A stretch of DNA of 64,000 bases. Origin: Squalus acanthias (Eukaryota). Of the stretch, positions 26,296 through 39,829 are shown one piece after another. The stretch's first letter is position 1; each line of letters opens with the position of its first letter. A program made the translations under genes and the position numbers. The stretch is from positions 155,684,001-155,748,000 of the forward strand of contig CM059431.1 of the NCBI GenBank assembly GCA_030390025.1. The letters run 5' to 3'. Under the pieces are notes generated by a model. The model worked only from the letters and a program-made list of their open reading frames with translations, searched no databases and was not told where the DNA came from.

Positions 26296-29200
26296 AGTGA
26301 TCCGTATTGCGCTAAACTTGTACAATAGCCGGCAATGGTTATGTTCCTATTAGAAACGGAACAATGATTATAAAATATGGGAGGTAGTCTCCAATTCATG
26401 AGTTAAAGTTTGGGCCTTCATCAGGATATTTACACCTATTAATATCTGGCATCCGCTTTCAATAACTAGAACTAAATCAGTGAATGTTTGTGGTAAGGAA
26501 ATTAATTTTAGACTTCACTGACTGGGGCTTCTACGCCCAGCTCCCTGCCTCTCTCACAGACCGGGACCTCTACTTCCACTTTTAGTGTTGGTGATGTAAT
26601 TTCGCGTTGTCATTTAATGTTTATTTTAACAGGTTGGCAAGGTATTCAAATTATTTTGAGACTGAGAAACTCTGAACATTGAATTGATTTCCAAATTAGC
26701 ATTTATATTTAATGTAATATTAAAAGTTATTGTTACCTCCAGCATCTCCTACGTATTTCATTCTAATTCCTACTTCTCTTTGCTGAAGCTTTCAATCTGT
26801 GTCCGGCTTCCAGTACTAGGGTTCTTAGATCACTTATTTTTTACCTGTATGCTTCCCTACTCGATTCTGTTCCTGGCCTTTAATGTTTACATCCCTTCCC
26901 CACCGGTTCCATGCTTGTTCTCCCACTCCTTCTATTCCCATCAGGTCTAAGTTGGATTCTATAGTAACTTCCCTTCCCCAGATGCACATTCCATCCCACA
27001 TGCTCCATGACTGAATCTCCTCTACATTTGTAACTGCCTGTCTTCAGAACTAATTCTCTCGCTTAATCTTGTATTCCTTCTCCAAATGCTTCAAACCTAA
27101 TTTTCAGTCTTGTGGAACCCCTATTTAATTTGTCCCTGGGATGTTGGCGTCGCTAGCAAATCCAAAATGTATTAACCATCCCGAATTGCCCTTGAGAAGG
27201 TGGTGGTGAGCCGCGTTCTTGAAACGCTGCTGTCCGTCTGGTGAAGGTACTCCCACAGTGCTATTACGGAGGGATTTCCAGCAATTTAACCAAGCGACCA
27301 GGAAGGAACGGCGATATACTTCCAACTCAGGATGGTGTGTGACTTGGAGGGGAAAGTGGAGGTGGTGGTGTTCCCATGCGCCTGCTGCCCTTGTCCTTCT
27401 AGGTGGAAGTGGTCGCGGGTTTGGGAGGAGCTGTCGAAGAAGCCTTGGTGTGCTGCTGCAGTGCATCTTGTAGATGGTACACATTACAGCCAAGGTGAGC
27501 CGGTGGTGTAGAATGTTTAGAGGCCAATATTGCACAATATTGCACAATATTCCATCACACTCATAACTTGTGCCTTGTAGATGGTGGAAAGGCTTTGGGG
27601 CGTCAGGAGTTGAGATACTCGTCACAGAATAACCAGCCTCTTAAGTGCTCTTGAAGCCACAGTAGTTATGTGGCTGGTACAGTTAAGTTCCTGGGTGAAT
27701 CCCAGGATGTTGTTGGTGGGTGATTTGGCAATGGAAATGCCGTTGAATGTCAAGGGGCGGTGGATAGTCTCTCTCTTGTTGGATATTATCATTGCCTGAC
27801 ACTTGTGTGTTGCGAATGTTACTTGCCACTTATCAGCCGAAGCCTGAAAGTCATCCAGGCCTTGTTGCATGCAAGCACGACTGTTTCATTATCTGAGGGG
27901 CTGCGAATGGAAATGAACACTATGAAAGCATCAGCGAACATCTCCTCTTCTGACCTTATGATGGAGGGTTGATCATTGATGAAACAACTGAAGATGGTTA
28001 GCCCTGAGGAACTCCCACAGTGACGTCCTGGGGATGAGATTTTTGACCTCAGATAAAAACAGCCATCTTCCTTTCTGCTGGTGTGACTCAATTCATTAGA
28101 GAATTCTCCCCCTAATTCCCATTGACTTCATTTTTAATAAAGTTTCTTGGTGCCACACTCGGCCAAATGCTGCCTTAATGTCAAGGGTTGTTACACGCAC
28201 CTCGCCTCAGCTATTAAGCTCTTTAGTCCATTTTTCGACCAAGGCTGTAATGGGCGGGGCAGCTGGTTATGGACCACAAGTGTTCAGCACGCCAGACGGG
28301 ATTTTGTGGGGGACCACAACCGTTGCTGTATCCAGTGCGCTGAGCCGTTTCTTGATATCGCTTGGAGTGAATCGAATTAGCTGAAGTCTGGCTTCTGTGA
28401 AAGTGGGTACGTCAGGAGTAGGCCGATATGGATCATCCACTCGGGAGTTCTGTTAGAAGATGTTTGCAAACACTTCAGCCTTGTCCTTTGCACACGGATG
28501 TTGTACACCGCCATCCTTGAGGTTGGGGATGTTGGTGGAGCCAAAGTTAGTTGTTTAATTGCCATTCCCATTCACGATTGGATGTGACAGGACTGCAGAA
28601 CTTTGATTCTATCCGTTGATTAGGAGATCGCTTACATCTGTCTATCGCTTGCTGCTTCAACTGTTTAGCATGCCTGTAGTTCTGTGTTGTTCCTTCCCCA
28701 GGCTGTCACCGTCTTTTGGGGATGCGCCTGGTGCTGATCTCCGCATGCTCTTGTACACTCCTCATTGAACCAGTGTTGGTCCTCTGGCTTTATGGTAATG
28801 GTAGAGTGACGGATATGTCGGACCATAAGGTTACATATTGTGGTGGAATACAATTCTGCTGCTGATGATGGCCCACATGGATGCCCAGTTTTGATCGGCT
28901 TATTGTTCTGAATCTATCCTATTTAGCACGGTGGTACAGCCACACAACGCGATGGAGCGTGTCCTCAGTGTGAAGACGGGACAAGGACTGTGCGGTTTTC
29001 ACTGCTACCAATATTGTTGTGGAAAAATGCATTTGGGACAGGAAGCCTGGTGAGGCCGCGATCAAGTTGTTTTTTCTCTCGTGTTCGTTCTGTCATCGCC
29101 AGTCACATGCCCAGTCTGGCAGCCATGTTCTTCAGGACTCGGCCAGCTCGCTCACGAGTGGTGCTACCGAGCCACTCTTGGTGGAAGACTTTGAAGTCAC

Positions 29201-29702
29201 TCACCCAGAGTATATTCTGTGCCCTTGCAACCCTCAGTGCTTCTTCTAAGTGGGGTTCAACATGGAGGACTACTGATTGATAAGCTGAGGATGGGCGTTA
29301 GGTGGTAATCAGCAAGATTATTGCTTGCCAATGCTTGACCTGAAACCCTGAGAGATCATGAGGTCTCCAGTCAATGTTGAGAATTCCCAGGGCCGCATCC
29401 TTCCTCCAGTATATCACTGTGCCACCATCTTTGTTCTGTCTGTCCTGCCGGTGGTACAGGACATACCCAAGATTGGTGATGTGGGATTCAGGACGTTGGC
29501 TATAAGATAGGATTCTGTAATTATAATTATGTTAGGCTGTTGCTTGACTACTCTGAGGGACAGCTCTCCCAATTTTGGCACAAGTCCCCAGATGTTAGTG
29601 AGGAGGACTTTGCATGGGCTACTGTGCTGTGTGTGCCATTGTTGTGTCCGAAGACGGTTACCGAGATCGAAGTCGGGTGGTCCGCCCGGTTTTATACTTA
29701 TT

Positions 29703-31463
29703 GGCCCAGATAGTCCGATCTCTACGGGTGGGTATGCGCTGTGTACCCACCCGCCGGGACATCATTAATGCCGGTTTCAGGCTTGTACAGCGCATGCGCT
29801 GAAAACCGGCATTTCCGATCTGTCAAGAATCGTCTTGACAGATCCTCCGGCTGCCTTGGAGAAGGGCGTCTGCTGACGGAAATTTCCGCTTTTTGGAGAA
29901 CCTGCGATCGCAGAAAACCCTTACAATTCTTACGGCTGATAAAAGCAGGCGTAAGGCCTGCTTTTACGAGAATAAGGGGTAAAAATTCAGTTGGTTGCGC
30001 CTCCCGTTAGCGCCTTAAGAGGGCGCTAATGGGGCGCAAAGCCGCTAACGCCCGGGCGCAGCGATGTTTGCGCCGCTCGAGAACTTAACTTGAGATTGTG
30101 CGGCGAAGCTAAAACTTACCACTGCGACCACCTGCGCGCGCAGATTGTGACGTCATTCCATGGTGCAACGCCCTTGTGGCGCCCCGGAGCGGAAATTGAG
30201 TGGCGCCCCCTGCCTTACCGCCTGGCGCATCCAACGACCAGAAGACTGTAACGCTATCAATCGCTGTGGGGCTGGGGGTGGCGCTATTTAAAGGGGGCCT
30301 CTTCCTGTCTTTTATTGTTGGTGGCATTTTTGAACTACGCATTCTGAGAGAGAGAGGGAGAGACTTCTGGAGAGATTCAACGTTGTGTGAAGGAGTTTTG
30401 GGTACTGAGCAGCACTTTGCAGGTTCATTTTGATTTGCCATTCCTTGTATCGATTTAGCAGAGACTGTGGGAGCTGCACTCTGAGCTCTTTGCCTGGTAC
30501 TCTCCATTGTTCTTTCCAGCACATTTGATGTGCAAAGCTCTCCAGGCCGAGATTCAAGGCTGCAATGAACAGGATGTGGATGGAAAGCAAGATTAACCAT
30601 CCCCTTTAAGAACTGGCCCGTGCCATTGTGTGTGTGTTCCATTGCTGACTGACATTACATGAGCTGCGAACTACCTGCGCCCCTGTGATACGTGGGCCCT
30701 GCAAACTTGCAGTTTGGAGAGGCCAGGAGCGGAAGCGTGTGCGTCCCGGGAGCCCTCAGGTAAGGAAGTAGATTTTTCCAGTTTGCGCTCTGAGTTAGCG
30801 CCTCAGTCCTTGGCCTTTGCACCTTAAGACAGGTGTGCAGCGCCTGCTTTAGCGCTCCACTCATCTCCCGGGGTGGTAAAAGTGAAGTTTCCAGTCAGTG
30901 CCGATAATTAGCGCCAGGCGCTAATATTTGCGTCCAGACGATATTTGCGCCCCACATGGGGCGCGACCTAATTTCTACCCCTAAGTGTCGAAAAAATTTA
31001 AAACAAAATTTCGCTGATTTATCATTGAAAAATACTTTAAATAAGGTAAGTTTATTTTTAGCCCCGTAAAAAAACATTAATATTTTTTCCAAAAATTACA
31101 TTTTTGTTAAAAATACTTAATTTATTGTAATTTCAAGTCATTATAAAAATGTGTATTTTAAAAAATATATATTTAAAGTTTTGCTATGTTTTTGGGATGA
31201 TCTCCATTCATATATTTGACAGGTTTTCCTGTCAACTGTATGAAGGGAGATTCCCTTTCGTGATTGCCTCCCCATGGTCCACGTGATCCCAGGGACGCTG
31301 CGAACTACCTGCGCCCCTGTGATACGTGGGCCCTGCAAACTTGCAGTTTGGAGAGGCCAGGAGCGGAAGCGTGTGCGTCCCGGGAGCCCTCAGGTAAGGA
31401 AGTAGATTTTTCCAGTTTGCAGGCCTCCGCTCGCGGGAGGCCTGAGATCGGAAAATATGGGCC
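29703..31463 (-). mobile_element. MITE family A with ATT target-site duplication, hosting a nested MITE
   Basis: att|GGCCCAGATAGTCCGAT ... ATCGGAAAATATGGGCC|att. Confidence 0.88.
29976..30981. mobile_element. PIF/Harbinger-like MITE (family B), TAA TSD
   Basis: taa|GGGGTAAAAATT ... AATTTCTACCCC|taa; subterminal TTAGCGCC/GGCGCTAA motifs. Confidence 0.88.
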
Positions 31464-31629
31464 ATTATTGTTTTTCGTATTGGTTTGGAAGAAATGAGTG
31501 GCTTGCTAACCCATTTCATAGGCAGGTTAAGAGTCAATCTCATTGCTGTGTGTCTGGAATCACATAGTCCAGGCAAGGTAAGGACGGCTGATTTTCTTCG
31601 CTAAAGAACATTAGTATCGAATGCCTTCT

Positions 31630-32750
31630 GGACGTCCACTTAATTAACCTCTGTAGACACTCCTTTGTCGACCTTTTTATTGATCGCGTCAAAATATTCA
31701 AATTAATTAGTCCGACATGAGCTGCCTTTAACAAAGCCATGTTGGCTCTCTCTATTCAGCTCATATTTACTCAAGTTCTCAATCACTCTACCCTTAATAA
31801 GCGATTCAAGTAGCTTCCCCCTCAACGGTCGTTAAACTAGCAGGCCTGTAGTGAGCTGATTTCTGTCTATCGCCCACCTTACATAATGGAGAGATGATAG
31901 GAATTACCAGTCTAATGGCACAACTCCGGAATCAAGAGAACTTTGAAATAATATAACTCACGCTTCATTAGTTCCTACCCCTTCTTATTTTAATACCCTT
32001 GGAAGGAAACTATCTGGGACTAGATATTTTTGTATCCTAACTCTCCATGTTTATTGCATCAACATTTTTACTATCATAATTACAGTAAGTTCCACCGCAG
32101 AATATTTTTACGTTTGCCTTCGATCACTGGTATTTGGTCATTTTCCTCTTCTGTGAAAAACGTATATATATATTATAATCTGCTATTTCCTTGTTACCTA
32201 TTACCGTAGTCTGTTTTAATGGAATCACATTTCCCGCAGGCACTCTCTTAATCTTATCATATTTTACAAATATTCACCATTAGCTTTTACATTGCATGAA
32301 TTTTTTTTGTATTTCCTATTTGCAACTCTTAGGCATAGAAATTCTTCTCGGGCGGTGGCGAAAAGGGGGCGATATCGGTGTGGCTTCCGTTATACGCAGC
32401 GCCTGAAATTAATTTCCCTTGACTGCAATAAATTAATTTCCCTTGACTGCAATAGAACTGAATTTCGGCGGCTTCGAATCATGGGCAGTCGATCCGATAC
32501 CGCCCGATTTGCGCTACCGCCCAAGATGAATTTCAAGCCCTTAATATTTTCTTCCTATGCCTTTGCGGCTTTCTATATTTCTCCCAGTCCTCTGGATTAA
32601 TTTTTCTTTGGCATTTCTATGAGTCACTTCCTTTAACTTTGTACTGCATCTTACCTCACCTGATTAACACGGTTGCTTGACAGGACAAGTGAAATTTCTG
32701 CTCTATAGGGCTATGTTTTGGAAGACCAGCTATGTCCTGCTCACAAAATT
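31630..32750 (-). mobile_element. Very old CR1 RT fragment (mirror of 20050-20800)
   Basis: Reverse complement encodes decayed RT N-terminal motifs and aligns with 20197-20330. Confidence 0.65.
32332..32540. mobile_element. 209-bp PIF/Harbinger-like MITE (family C), TTA TSD
   Basis: tta|GGCATAGAAATTCTTCTCGGGCGGTGGCG ... CGCTACCGCCCAAGATGAATTTCAAGCCC|tta; internal 24-bp tandem duplication at ~32407-32454. Confidence 0.85.
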
Positions 32751-32977
32751 AAGTACAGACTAAATCCATAAAATTAACACCCTAAGCGCCACCTCACAAT
32801 GGTCAGCAAATGATGGTTGAACTCATAAAGAGTGTCATCAATAATCTGCTCAATGACACGCAGTTCGCATGGTGCCTGAATTATCGCATCTAGTACTGAT
32901 CACAGATAGAAGAGGTAAATGCAACAGAAGATGCGACTGCAACCCCTCGCCAACAATGCAGCATTTTACTGGGTTTA

Positions 32978-33292
32978 GTACAACAGCAACAATTTGCATT
33001 TTTATAGCGCCGTCAATATAGGAAAACGTCCGAAAGCGCTTCACTGGAGCACTATAACACAACATTTACACGGAGCCACATAAGGCGATATAATGGCAAA
33101 TGACCAAATATCAGTTAAAGTGGTAGATTTTATCGAGACTCTTAAAGGAGAGAAAGGAGGTAGAGAGGCGGAGAGGTGTAGGGAAGGAATTCCAGAGTTT
33201 TGTGTTTCGGCAGGTGAAGCCATAGCCACCAATGGTGGATTGATTGAAATCGGGGATGCTCAAGAGGCCAGATTTAGGGGAGCGCAGATATA
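32978..33292 (-). mobile_element. L2-type LINE 3' fragment
   Basis: ACAACAGCAACAATTTGCATTTTTATAGCG tail; TIGGYGF..KLWNSFP peptide matches ORF 43029..43322. Confidence 0.75.
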
Positions 33293-33294
33293 AA

Positions 33295-36200
33295 ATCATA
33301 GAATCAGAGAATTGCTGTAGCACAGAAGGCAGCCATTCTGTCCGTCGAACCCAAGCCAGCTCTCTGCAAGAACACATCAGTTAGTCCCACATCCCACACT
33401 TTCCCCGTAGCTCTGCTTTTGTTTTCCTTCAGGATATTATCCGATTCCCTTTTGAAGGCCACGATTGAATCTGCCTCCACCTCCCTTTCAGGTAGTGCAT
33501 TCAGATCCTAACCACTTGCTGAGTAAAAAATATATTTCCTCATGTCGCCTTTGGTTCGTCTGCCAATCACCTTCTTGTGTCCTCTGGCACTACACCCTTC
33601 CACCAATGGGAGCAGTTACTCTCGATCCACTCTGTCTAGACTCCTCATGTTTTTGATCACCTCTTTCAAATCGCCTCTCAATCTTCCTTGCTCTAAGGAG
33701 AATAGCCCCAGTTTCTCCAGTCTATCCACGTAACATAATTCCTTCATCCCTAGAACCATCCTGGACAATCTTTACAGCGCCCTCTCTAAGCCTTCAGATC
33801 CTTCCTAAAGTGTGGTGCCCTACTTTGGACGCAATACTCCAGATGTGGCCGATTGCGTGGCCGATAAATGTTCATCCTAAATTCCTTGTTTTTGTTCTCT
33901 ATGCCGTTACTAATGAAGCCCAGGATCCGTATGCTATTTAAACGCTTTCTCAACCTGCCATGCTGCGTTCAACAATGTGTGCACATATACCGCAAGGTCA
34001 CTCTCTTCCTGCACCTCCTTTAGAATTGTGACCTTTAGTTTATATTGCCTCTGCTCGTTCTTTCTACCAAAAAGTAATACTTCACACTTTGCTGCTTATT
34101 TTCATCTGCCACGTTTCCACCCATTCCACCATCCTGTCCAATCTGCAAATTTGGAAATTGTGCCCTGTACACACATTTCCAAGTCATTTATCCAGAAATT
34201 CGGGTCGGAGGCTTCCCGCGGGTGCAAGCACAGCGGGTGCAGTTACAAAGGCACCTGCCGTTGTGCTGTGGGCCCCCGTGGAATTCGGTTCCTGGGCCTC
34301 CTCCAGCTGCCGGTGTACAGTGCTCGCGTATCCCAGCAGCGCAGCTATTTCAAAGTGTCCCCTGGGAGCACGTGGGCCATGGGGAGCCAATTGGAGCAGG
34401 GAATCTCCATTCATAGATTTGACAGGAAGACCTGTCAAATCTATGAATAGAGATGGGCCCCAAAACATAAGTAAAACTCCAAATAGTTTTCTTTTTGAAT
34501 CACATTTTTAAAATAACGATAAATTACATAAATTAAGTATTTCAAACAAAAATTTAAATATTTGAAAAAAAAAATAATGTTTTTACTGTGGCTAAAAATA
34601 AGCTTAACTTTCTTTAAAGTATTTAAAAATGATTAACCTATGGAATTTTTTTTTTAATGTTACTTAATGCAACTCTTACCTTGTTAAAAGCAGGCCCTGC
34701 TTCGGACTTAGCCGCACGGAGAAACCTGAAAAAAAAGCTGATTTTCGATGCGTACGCGCTGACTCTCCCGCTCACGCGGTGGACCCGCGATCCGCTTCCT
34801 TTAAGAGACCGGAAGTTCAGGTTTCCAGCGCATGCGCATTGCATGCGCAAACCGGCACTTCCGGTGGCCCCGCGGATGAGTACACAGCGCGTACTCACCC
34901 TTGGGGACCCGAATTTCTGGCCCATTAATTTATATCAGGAAACGCAGAGGTCCTAGTGCCAACCCCTGGTCAACTTCACTGTTTATCTTCTTCTAATCCA
35001 GAAAACAACCCTTCACCACTACTATGTTTCATGTCGCTTAGGCAATTCCGTATCCATACTGCCACATTTAATTTTACTACATGGGCTTCAACTGTGCTGG
35101 CAGGCCTACTATGTGGCACGTTTTGAAAAGTTTTTTGGAAGTCCATATACACCCCATCAATCGCATTGCCAACAAAAACCCTGTCTGTTACCACATCGAA
35201 AAGGTCAATCGAGTTAGTTAACACGATCTGCCTTTATGAAACTCGTGCTCACTTTACTTTATTAATCCACACTTGTCCAAGTGACTTTTAATTCTGTTCT
35301 GGATTATCGTTTCTAAAAGCTTCCCCATTACCGAAGTTCAACCGACTGGCCTGTAATTGCTGGCTTTATCCTAACACCCTTTTTTGAACAACATTGTAAC
35401 ATATGCAGTTCTTCAGTCCTCTGGCACCACCCCCTTATCTAAGGAGGATAGATTGATTATGGCCAGCACCAGCACAATTTCCACCTTTAAATACCTCAAC
35501 ATCCTAGGATGCATCTCTTACGGTCCTGGTGATTTATCTAATTTAAATACAGCCAGCCTTTCTAGTACCTCCTCTTTATCAATTTTCATCCCATCCGGTA
35601 TCTCAACTACCTTCACTTTCACTTTTCCTTTAGCAGCATCTTCTCCCTTGGTAAAGACAGATGCAAAGTACTCATTTAGATTCATAGCCAGTTCCTTTTA
35701 CTCCATGTGCAGATCTTCATTTTTGTCCCTAAACGTCCACACCCCATCTCTTACTACCCGTTTACTATGTATATGCCTGTAGAAGACTTTGGACTCCCTT
35801 TTATGTTAGCTGGTAATTTATTCCCATACTCTCTCTTTGCAGCTTTTATTTCCTTTTTCACTTCCATTTTGAACTTTCTATATTCAGAATTGTTCTCACT
35901 TATATTCTCCACCTAACATTTTGTGATTCATCTTACTCTCTGTGTCTTTCGTCGTCCAGCGAGCTCTGACTTCAGTTGACATAACTTTCCTCCTCGTGGA
36001 AATGTACCTCAATTTACCCATTTCCTCTTTAAATGGAGCTCATTAATCGAATACAATTTTGCCTCCCAATCTTTTATTCAAATTTAGCAGGGCCATATCC
36101 ATTCTCAACCTACTGAAATTGTCCCTCCTCCTATTAAGTAATTTTACTCTAGACTGCTCCATTTCCTACTACATAACTAATCTATACCTTATGATACTAT

Positions 36201-37245
36201 GAGCACTTTTGCCATAATTTTCACCGACTGACACTTGCTACATTTAACGCAGAAACAGATTCGGCAATGCTTCATTCCTTATTGTGTCAGAAGTATAATG
36301 AGCAAGATAGTTCCCCTGAACAAACTTCAGAAATTCTTCCCCATCGCTGCACTTTTCACTATTACTAGCCCAGTTTATATTAGGGTTGTTTAAGTCCCCC
36401 ATTGTCACTACTCTGTATTTCTTGCAGTTCATTCCCTGCAAATTTGCTTCTTTATATCCTTCTCACTATTTGGTGGCCTAGAGAATACATCTAGTATTGT
36501 AATGTCACCTCTATTGTATCTTAATTCTAAACAAATAGATTCGGTTCTTGATCCCTCCAGGCCATCTTCTCTCTCCAGCACTGTAATATTCTCCATACTC
36601 ACTACTGCCACCCCACCTCCTTTCGTTCTGTTCATGTCTTTCCTGAACAACTTATATCCAGTAATATTTAATACCAATCCTGGCCTTGTTGAGCCAGTTC
36701 TCCGTTATAACCAAGACATTATATTCCCAGTTGTGTAATTGCGCCTATAGCTGAGCAACCTTATTTACCACACTTCCTGCGTTTACACACTTGCACTGTA
36801 AACCAATCTTAGAAGTTATTGAAATCTTTCTTAGTCTAATCCCACATAATACAGTACTATTTATATCTTTAATGCTATCTGTCTGTTTCAATCCTTTGTG
36901 CACCTTATTTCTTCTTTCCAATGCTATCAGCTGGTGCCCACCCGACTGCCAAATTAGCTTAAACCCTCTCGAACAGCAGAAGCAAACCCCAGCACCGCGA
37001 GGATATTGGTTATGGCTCTGTTGAGATGCAATACAGGCCTGTACAGATCACACCGCCCACAGAACGGGCCCCAATTTCTCACTGAGAATGTAAATCCCTC
37101 CCTCATGCACGATCTGTCCAGCCATGCATTCATCTTCTCTATACTCGTATTCATATACTCATTAGCTCGTGGCATCGGGAGTAATCTGGATATTACTACC
37201 ATTGAGATCCTTCTTTTTAAACTCTTTCCTAGCAGCATGCAGAAA
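33295..37245 (-). mobile_element. Near full-length degraded CR1 LINE incl. ORF1 esterase-like remnant
   Basis: 36954..37250 (VVISRLLP..NAWL..LHLN, CR1 ORF1-like); endonuclease 36244-36677 (GGGVAV, SRPPN, MGDLN); RT 34976..35224; tail at ~33300. Confidence 0.88.
34189..34923 (+). mobile_element. MITE family A (diverged subfamily), ATT TSD, inserted in CR1
   Basis: att|TATCCAGAAATTCGGG ... CCCGAATTTCTGGCCC|att; CR1 sequence is continuous across it. Confidence 0.82.
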
Positions 37246-37321
37246 TCCATGAGCTGTTCAGTGGGATAGGGTACTCTGGGATAGACGATCTGTAGACCTT
37301 CTTTAGAGGGTCAGAGAATAT

Positions 37322-39650
37322 ACATAAGAACATAAGCACATAAGAAATAGGAGCAGGAGTAGACCAATCGGCCCCTCGAGCCTGCTCCGCCAACTACAGG
37401 GCCTTGACCGATCCGAACTCAAACTCATGTCCAATTTCCAGCCCGCTCCCCGTAACCCGTGATTCCCTTTACTTCTAGGAAACGATCTATTTCTGTTTTA
37501 AATTTATTTAATGTATTAGCTTCCACAGTTTCCTGTGGTAGCAAATTCCACAGACCCACTACCCTCTGAGTGAAAAAGTTTCTCCTCATCTCAGTTTTGA
37601 AAGAGCCGCCCCTTATTCTAAGATTATGTCCCCTAGTTCTAGTTTCACCCATCATTGGGAACATCCTCACCGCGTCCACCCGATCAAGCCCCTTCACAAT
37701 CTTATATGTTTCAATAAGATCGCCTCTCATTCTTCTGAACTCCAATGAGTAGAGTCCCAATCTACTCAACCTCTCCTCGAATGTCCACCCCCTCATCCCC
37801 GGAATTAACCGAGTGAACCTTCTTTGTACTGCCTCGAGAGCAAGTATGTCTTTTCTTAAGTATGGACACCAAAACTGTATGCAGTACTCCCGGTGCGGTC
37901 TCACCAATACCCTATACAACTGAACAATGCCTGACTGTTTTTATATTCTATCCCCCTAGCAATAAACGCCAACATTCCATTGGCTTTCTTTATCACCTGC
38001 TGCACCTGCATACTAACTTTTTGATTTTCTTGCACCAAGACCCCCAGATTCCTTTGTACTGCAGTACTTTCCAGTTCTCGACATTAAGATAATAACTTGC
38101 TCTCTGATTTTTCCTGCCAAAGTGCATAACCTCGCATTTTCCAATATTGTATTGCATCTGCTAAATCTCTTCCCACTCACCCAACCTGTCTATATCCCCC
38201 TGTAGGTTTTTTATGTCCTCCTCACTCTCTACTTTCCCTCCCATCTTTGAATCATCTGCAAACTTTGATACATTACACTCGGTCCCCTCCTTCAAATCGT
38301 TAATATAGATTGTAAAGAGTTGGGGACCCAGCACAGACCCCTGCGGAACACCACTGGCTACTGGTTGCCAGTCCAAGAATGAACCATTTATCCCAACTCT
38401 CTGCTGCCTGTTAGATACCCAATCCTCCACCAATGCCAGAATATTATCCACAATCCAATGATTTTTTATCTTGAGTAATAATCTTTTTTGTGGCACCTTG
38501 TCAAATGCCTTCTGGAAGTCTAAATACACTACATCCACTGGTTCCGCTTTATCCACCCTGTACGTTATGTCCTCAAAGAACTCGAGCAAATTTGTCAGAC
38601 ATGACTTCCCCTTCATAAAGCCATGCTGACTTTGTCCTATTAAATTATGTTTATCTAAATGTTCCGTTACTGTCTCCTTAATAATAGACTCCAAAATTTT
38701 ACCCACCACAGATGTTAGGCTAACTGGTCTATAATTTCCAGCCTTCTGCCTGCAACAATTTTTAAATAAGGGTGTTGCATTAGCAGTTTTCCAATCTGCC
38801 GGGACCTTTGCTGAGTTCAGGGAGTTTTGGAAAATTATTACCAAAGCATCCACAATTCCTATTGCCACTTCCCTCAAGACCCTAGGATGTAAGCCATCAG
38901 GTCCAGGGGATTTATCCGCCTTGAGTCCCATTATTTTACTGAGTACCAAATCCTTAGTGATTTTAATCGTATTTAGCTCCTCCCCCACTAGAGGCCCCTG
39001 TTTGTCCAGTGTTGGGATATTCTTAGTGTCCTCTACCGTAAAGACTGAAACATTTTTGCCATCTCCATGTTTCCCACCATTAATTTCCCGGTCTCATCCT
39101 CTAAGGGAACTACTTTTTCCTTAACCACCCTTTTTCTTTTTATATAACTATAGAAACTCTTGCTTTCTGTTTTTATATTTTTTGCTAATTTACTTTCATA
39201 GTCTATTTTCCCTTTCTTAATCAATCCTTTAGTTACTTTTTGTTGTCTTTTGAAGACTTCCCAATCTTCTATCCTCCTACTAGCTTTGGCTACCTTATAT
39301 GTCCTTGTTTTTAGTTAGATACTTTCTTTAATTTCTTTACTTAGCCATGGATGGCTGTCATTTCTTTTACACCCTTTTTTCCTCAGTGGAATATATTTAT
39401 TTTGAAAGTTGTAAAATAACTCCTTGAATGAACACCACTGCTCATGTACCGTCTTACCCTTTAATCTATTTTCCCAGTCCACTTTAATCAGTTCTGCTCT
39501 CATACCATCATAGTCTCCTTTATTCAAGCTCAGTATGCTTGTTTGAGAACCAACCTTCTCACCCTCTAATTGGATATGGAATTCAACCATGTTATGATCA
39601 CTCATTCCAATGGGATCCTTACCTAAGACATTATTAATTAATCCGGTCAT
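37322..39650 (-). mobile_element. Young 5'-truncated CR1 LINE
   Basis: ORFs 38161..38988 (GVPQGSVLGP, FADD), 37425..37919 and 39315..39650; (ACATAAG)n tail. Confidence 0.93.
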
Positions 39651-39654
39651 AGTG

Positions 39655-39790
39655 TGCTGAATTATTGGGCCTGTGGACCGTCAGGGTAACTGGGGTTATT
39701 GGGCCTGTAGAGAGTAAGTGGATCTTTAGATATTCAACTACTCTTGGCTGTTAGGCCATTAGAAGTTAGAAAGGTAATACGGAATCAGTG
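39655..39790 (-). repeat. Minisatellite remnant, inverted orientation
   Basis: TATTGGGCCTGTAGA, CAGGGTAACTGGGGTTATTGGG are the reverse complement of the 34-bp unit. Confidence 0.65.
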
Positions 39791-39829
39791 ACTAAGGTGA
39801 CATCTGGGAAAAATAGAAAATAACTTAAA

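Larger units (their letters stand above)
27122..31615 (-). mobile_element. Long degraded CR1-clade LINE (second family) interrupted by nested MITEs
   Basis: RT-like FSCFINDQPSIIRSEEEMFAD, WQVTF..KCQAM and C-terminal peptides; body 27122-29700 plus a probable 5' piece at 31467-31615. Confidence 0.8.

Noticed and set aside
30109..30642. 177-aa ORF in MITE-B as a Harbinger transposase or Myb/SANT gene
   Set aside because: No DDE or convincing SANT motif recognisable; at most a faint AAP-x-x-S similarity
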